DNA of 63,991 nucleotides, filler included, from Bonamia ostreae (Eukaryota): NCBI GenBank assembly GCA_040357525.1. It is 33 parts of 33 records of this genome, joined end to end, with 100 filler letters (N's around TTAATTAATTAA, not from the genome) between each part and the next. Parts side by side here need not be neighbours in the genome. Positions count along the whole stretch, not along the records: positions 62,164 to 63,991 come from JBDODL010001290.1; 32 more parts are not named here. One strand, 5' to 3'. Shown piece by piece: positions 63,931 to 63,991 of this stretch (position 1 is its first letter; each line of letters starts with the position of its first letter). The notes under the pieces were generated by a model. It saw only the letters and a program-made list of their open reading frames with translations, ran no database searches and was not told where the DNA came from. The position numbers and the translations under genes were made by a program.

Positions 63931-63991
63931 TGAACATTTCCTGACATTGTACAGGTTCATGATTGTTAAACACATGACTCCTGGAAAAGGG

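Overview
This window is not a contiguous locus. It is 33 unrelated contigs of ~1.83-1.86 kb, sorted by decreasing length and joined by an artificial 100-nt spacer (44 N + TTAATTAATTAA + 44 N). Two genomes are interleaved. About 11 contigs look like a bivalve (oyster-like) host: gene-poor, long introns with GTA-type donors, HAAF/dermatopontin, VWDE-like, tyrosine kinase, Kolobok- and Penelope-like repeats. About 21 contigs come from a gene-dense, AT-rich, divergent unicellular eukaryote, probably a haplosporidian parasite such as Bonamia (inference). They encode NCAPH, MCM5, ARP6, SMU1, PRP19, DNAJC17, RPA1, RIO1, RICTOR, NOC3, ATP synthase delta, PPX1 and others. One contig is a very AT-rich LINE of uncertain origin. 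The apparent frameshifts in the protist genes are resolved by ~30 tiny (19-26 nt) GT-AG introns with a GTTT(T) donor consensus and frequent AAG acceptors. Main finding: a U1 snRNA gene at 61001-61159 (-) keeps the full U1 fold, but its near-invariant 5' arm AUACUUACCU is replaced by UGCAAAACAU. That is the exact complement of AU|GUUUUGCA, suggesting a spliceosome re-coded to read GUUUU donors. All calls are by eye; no database searches were run.
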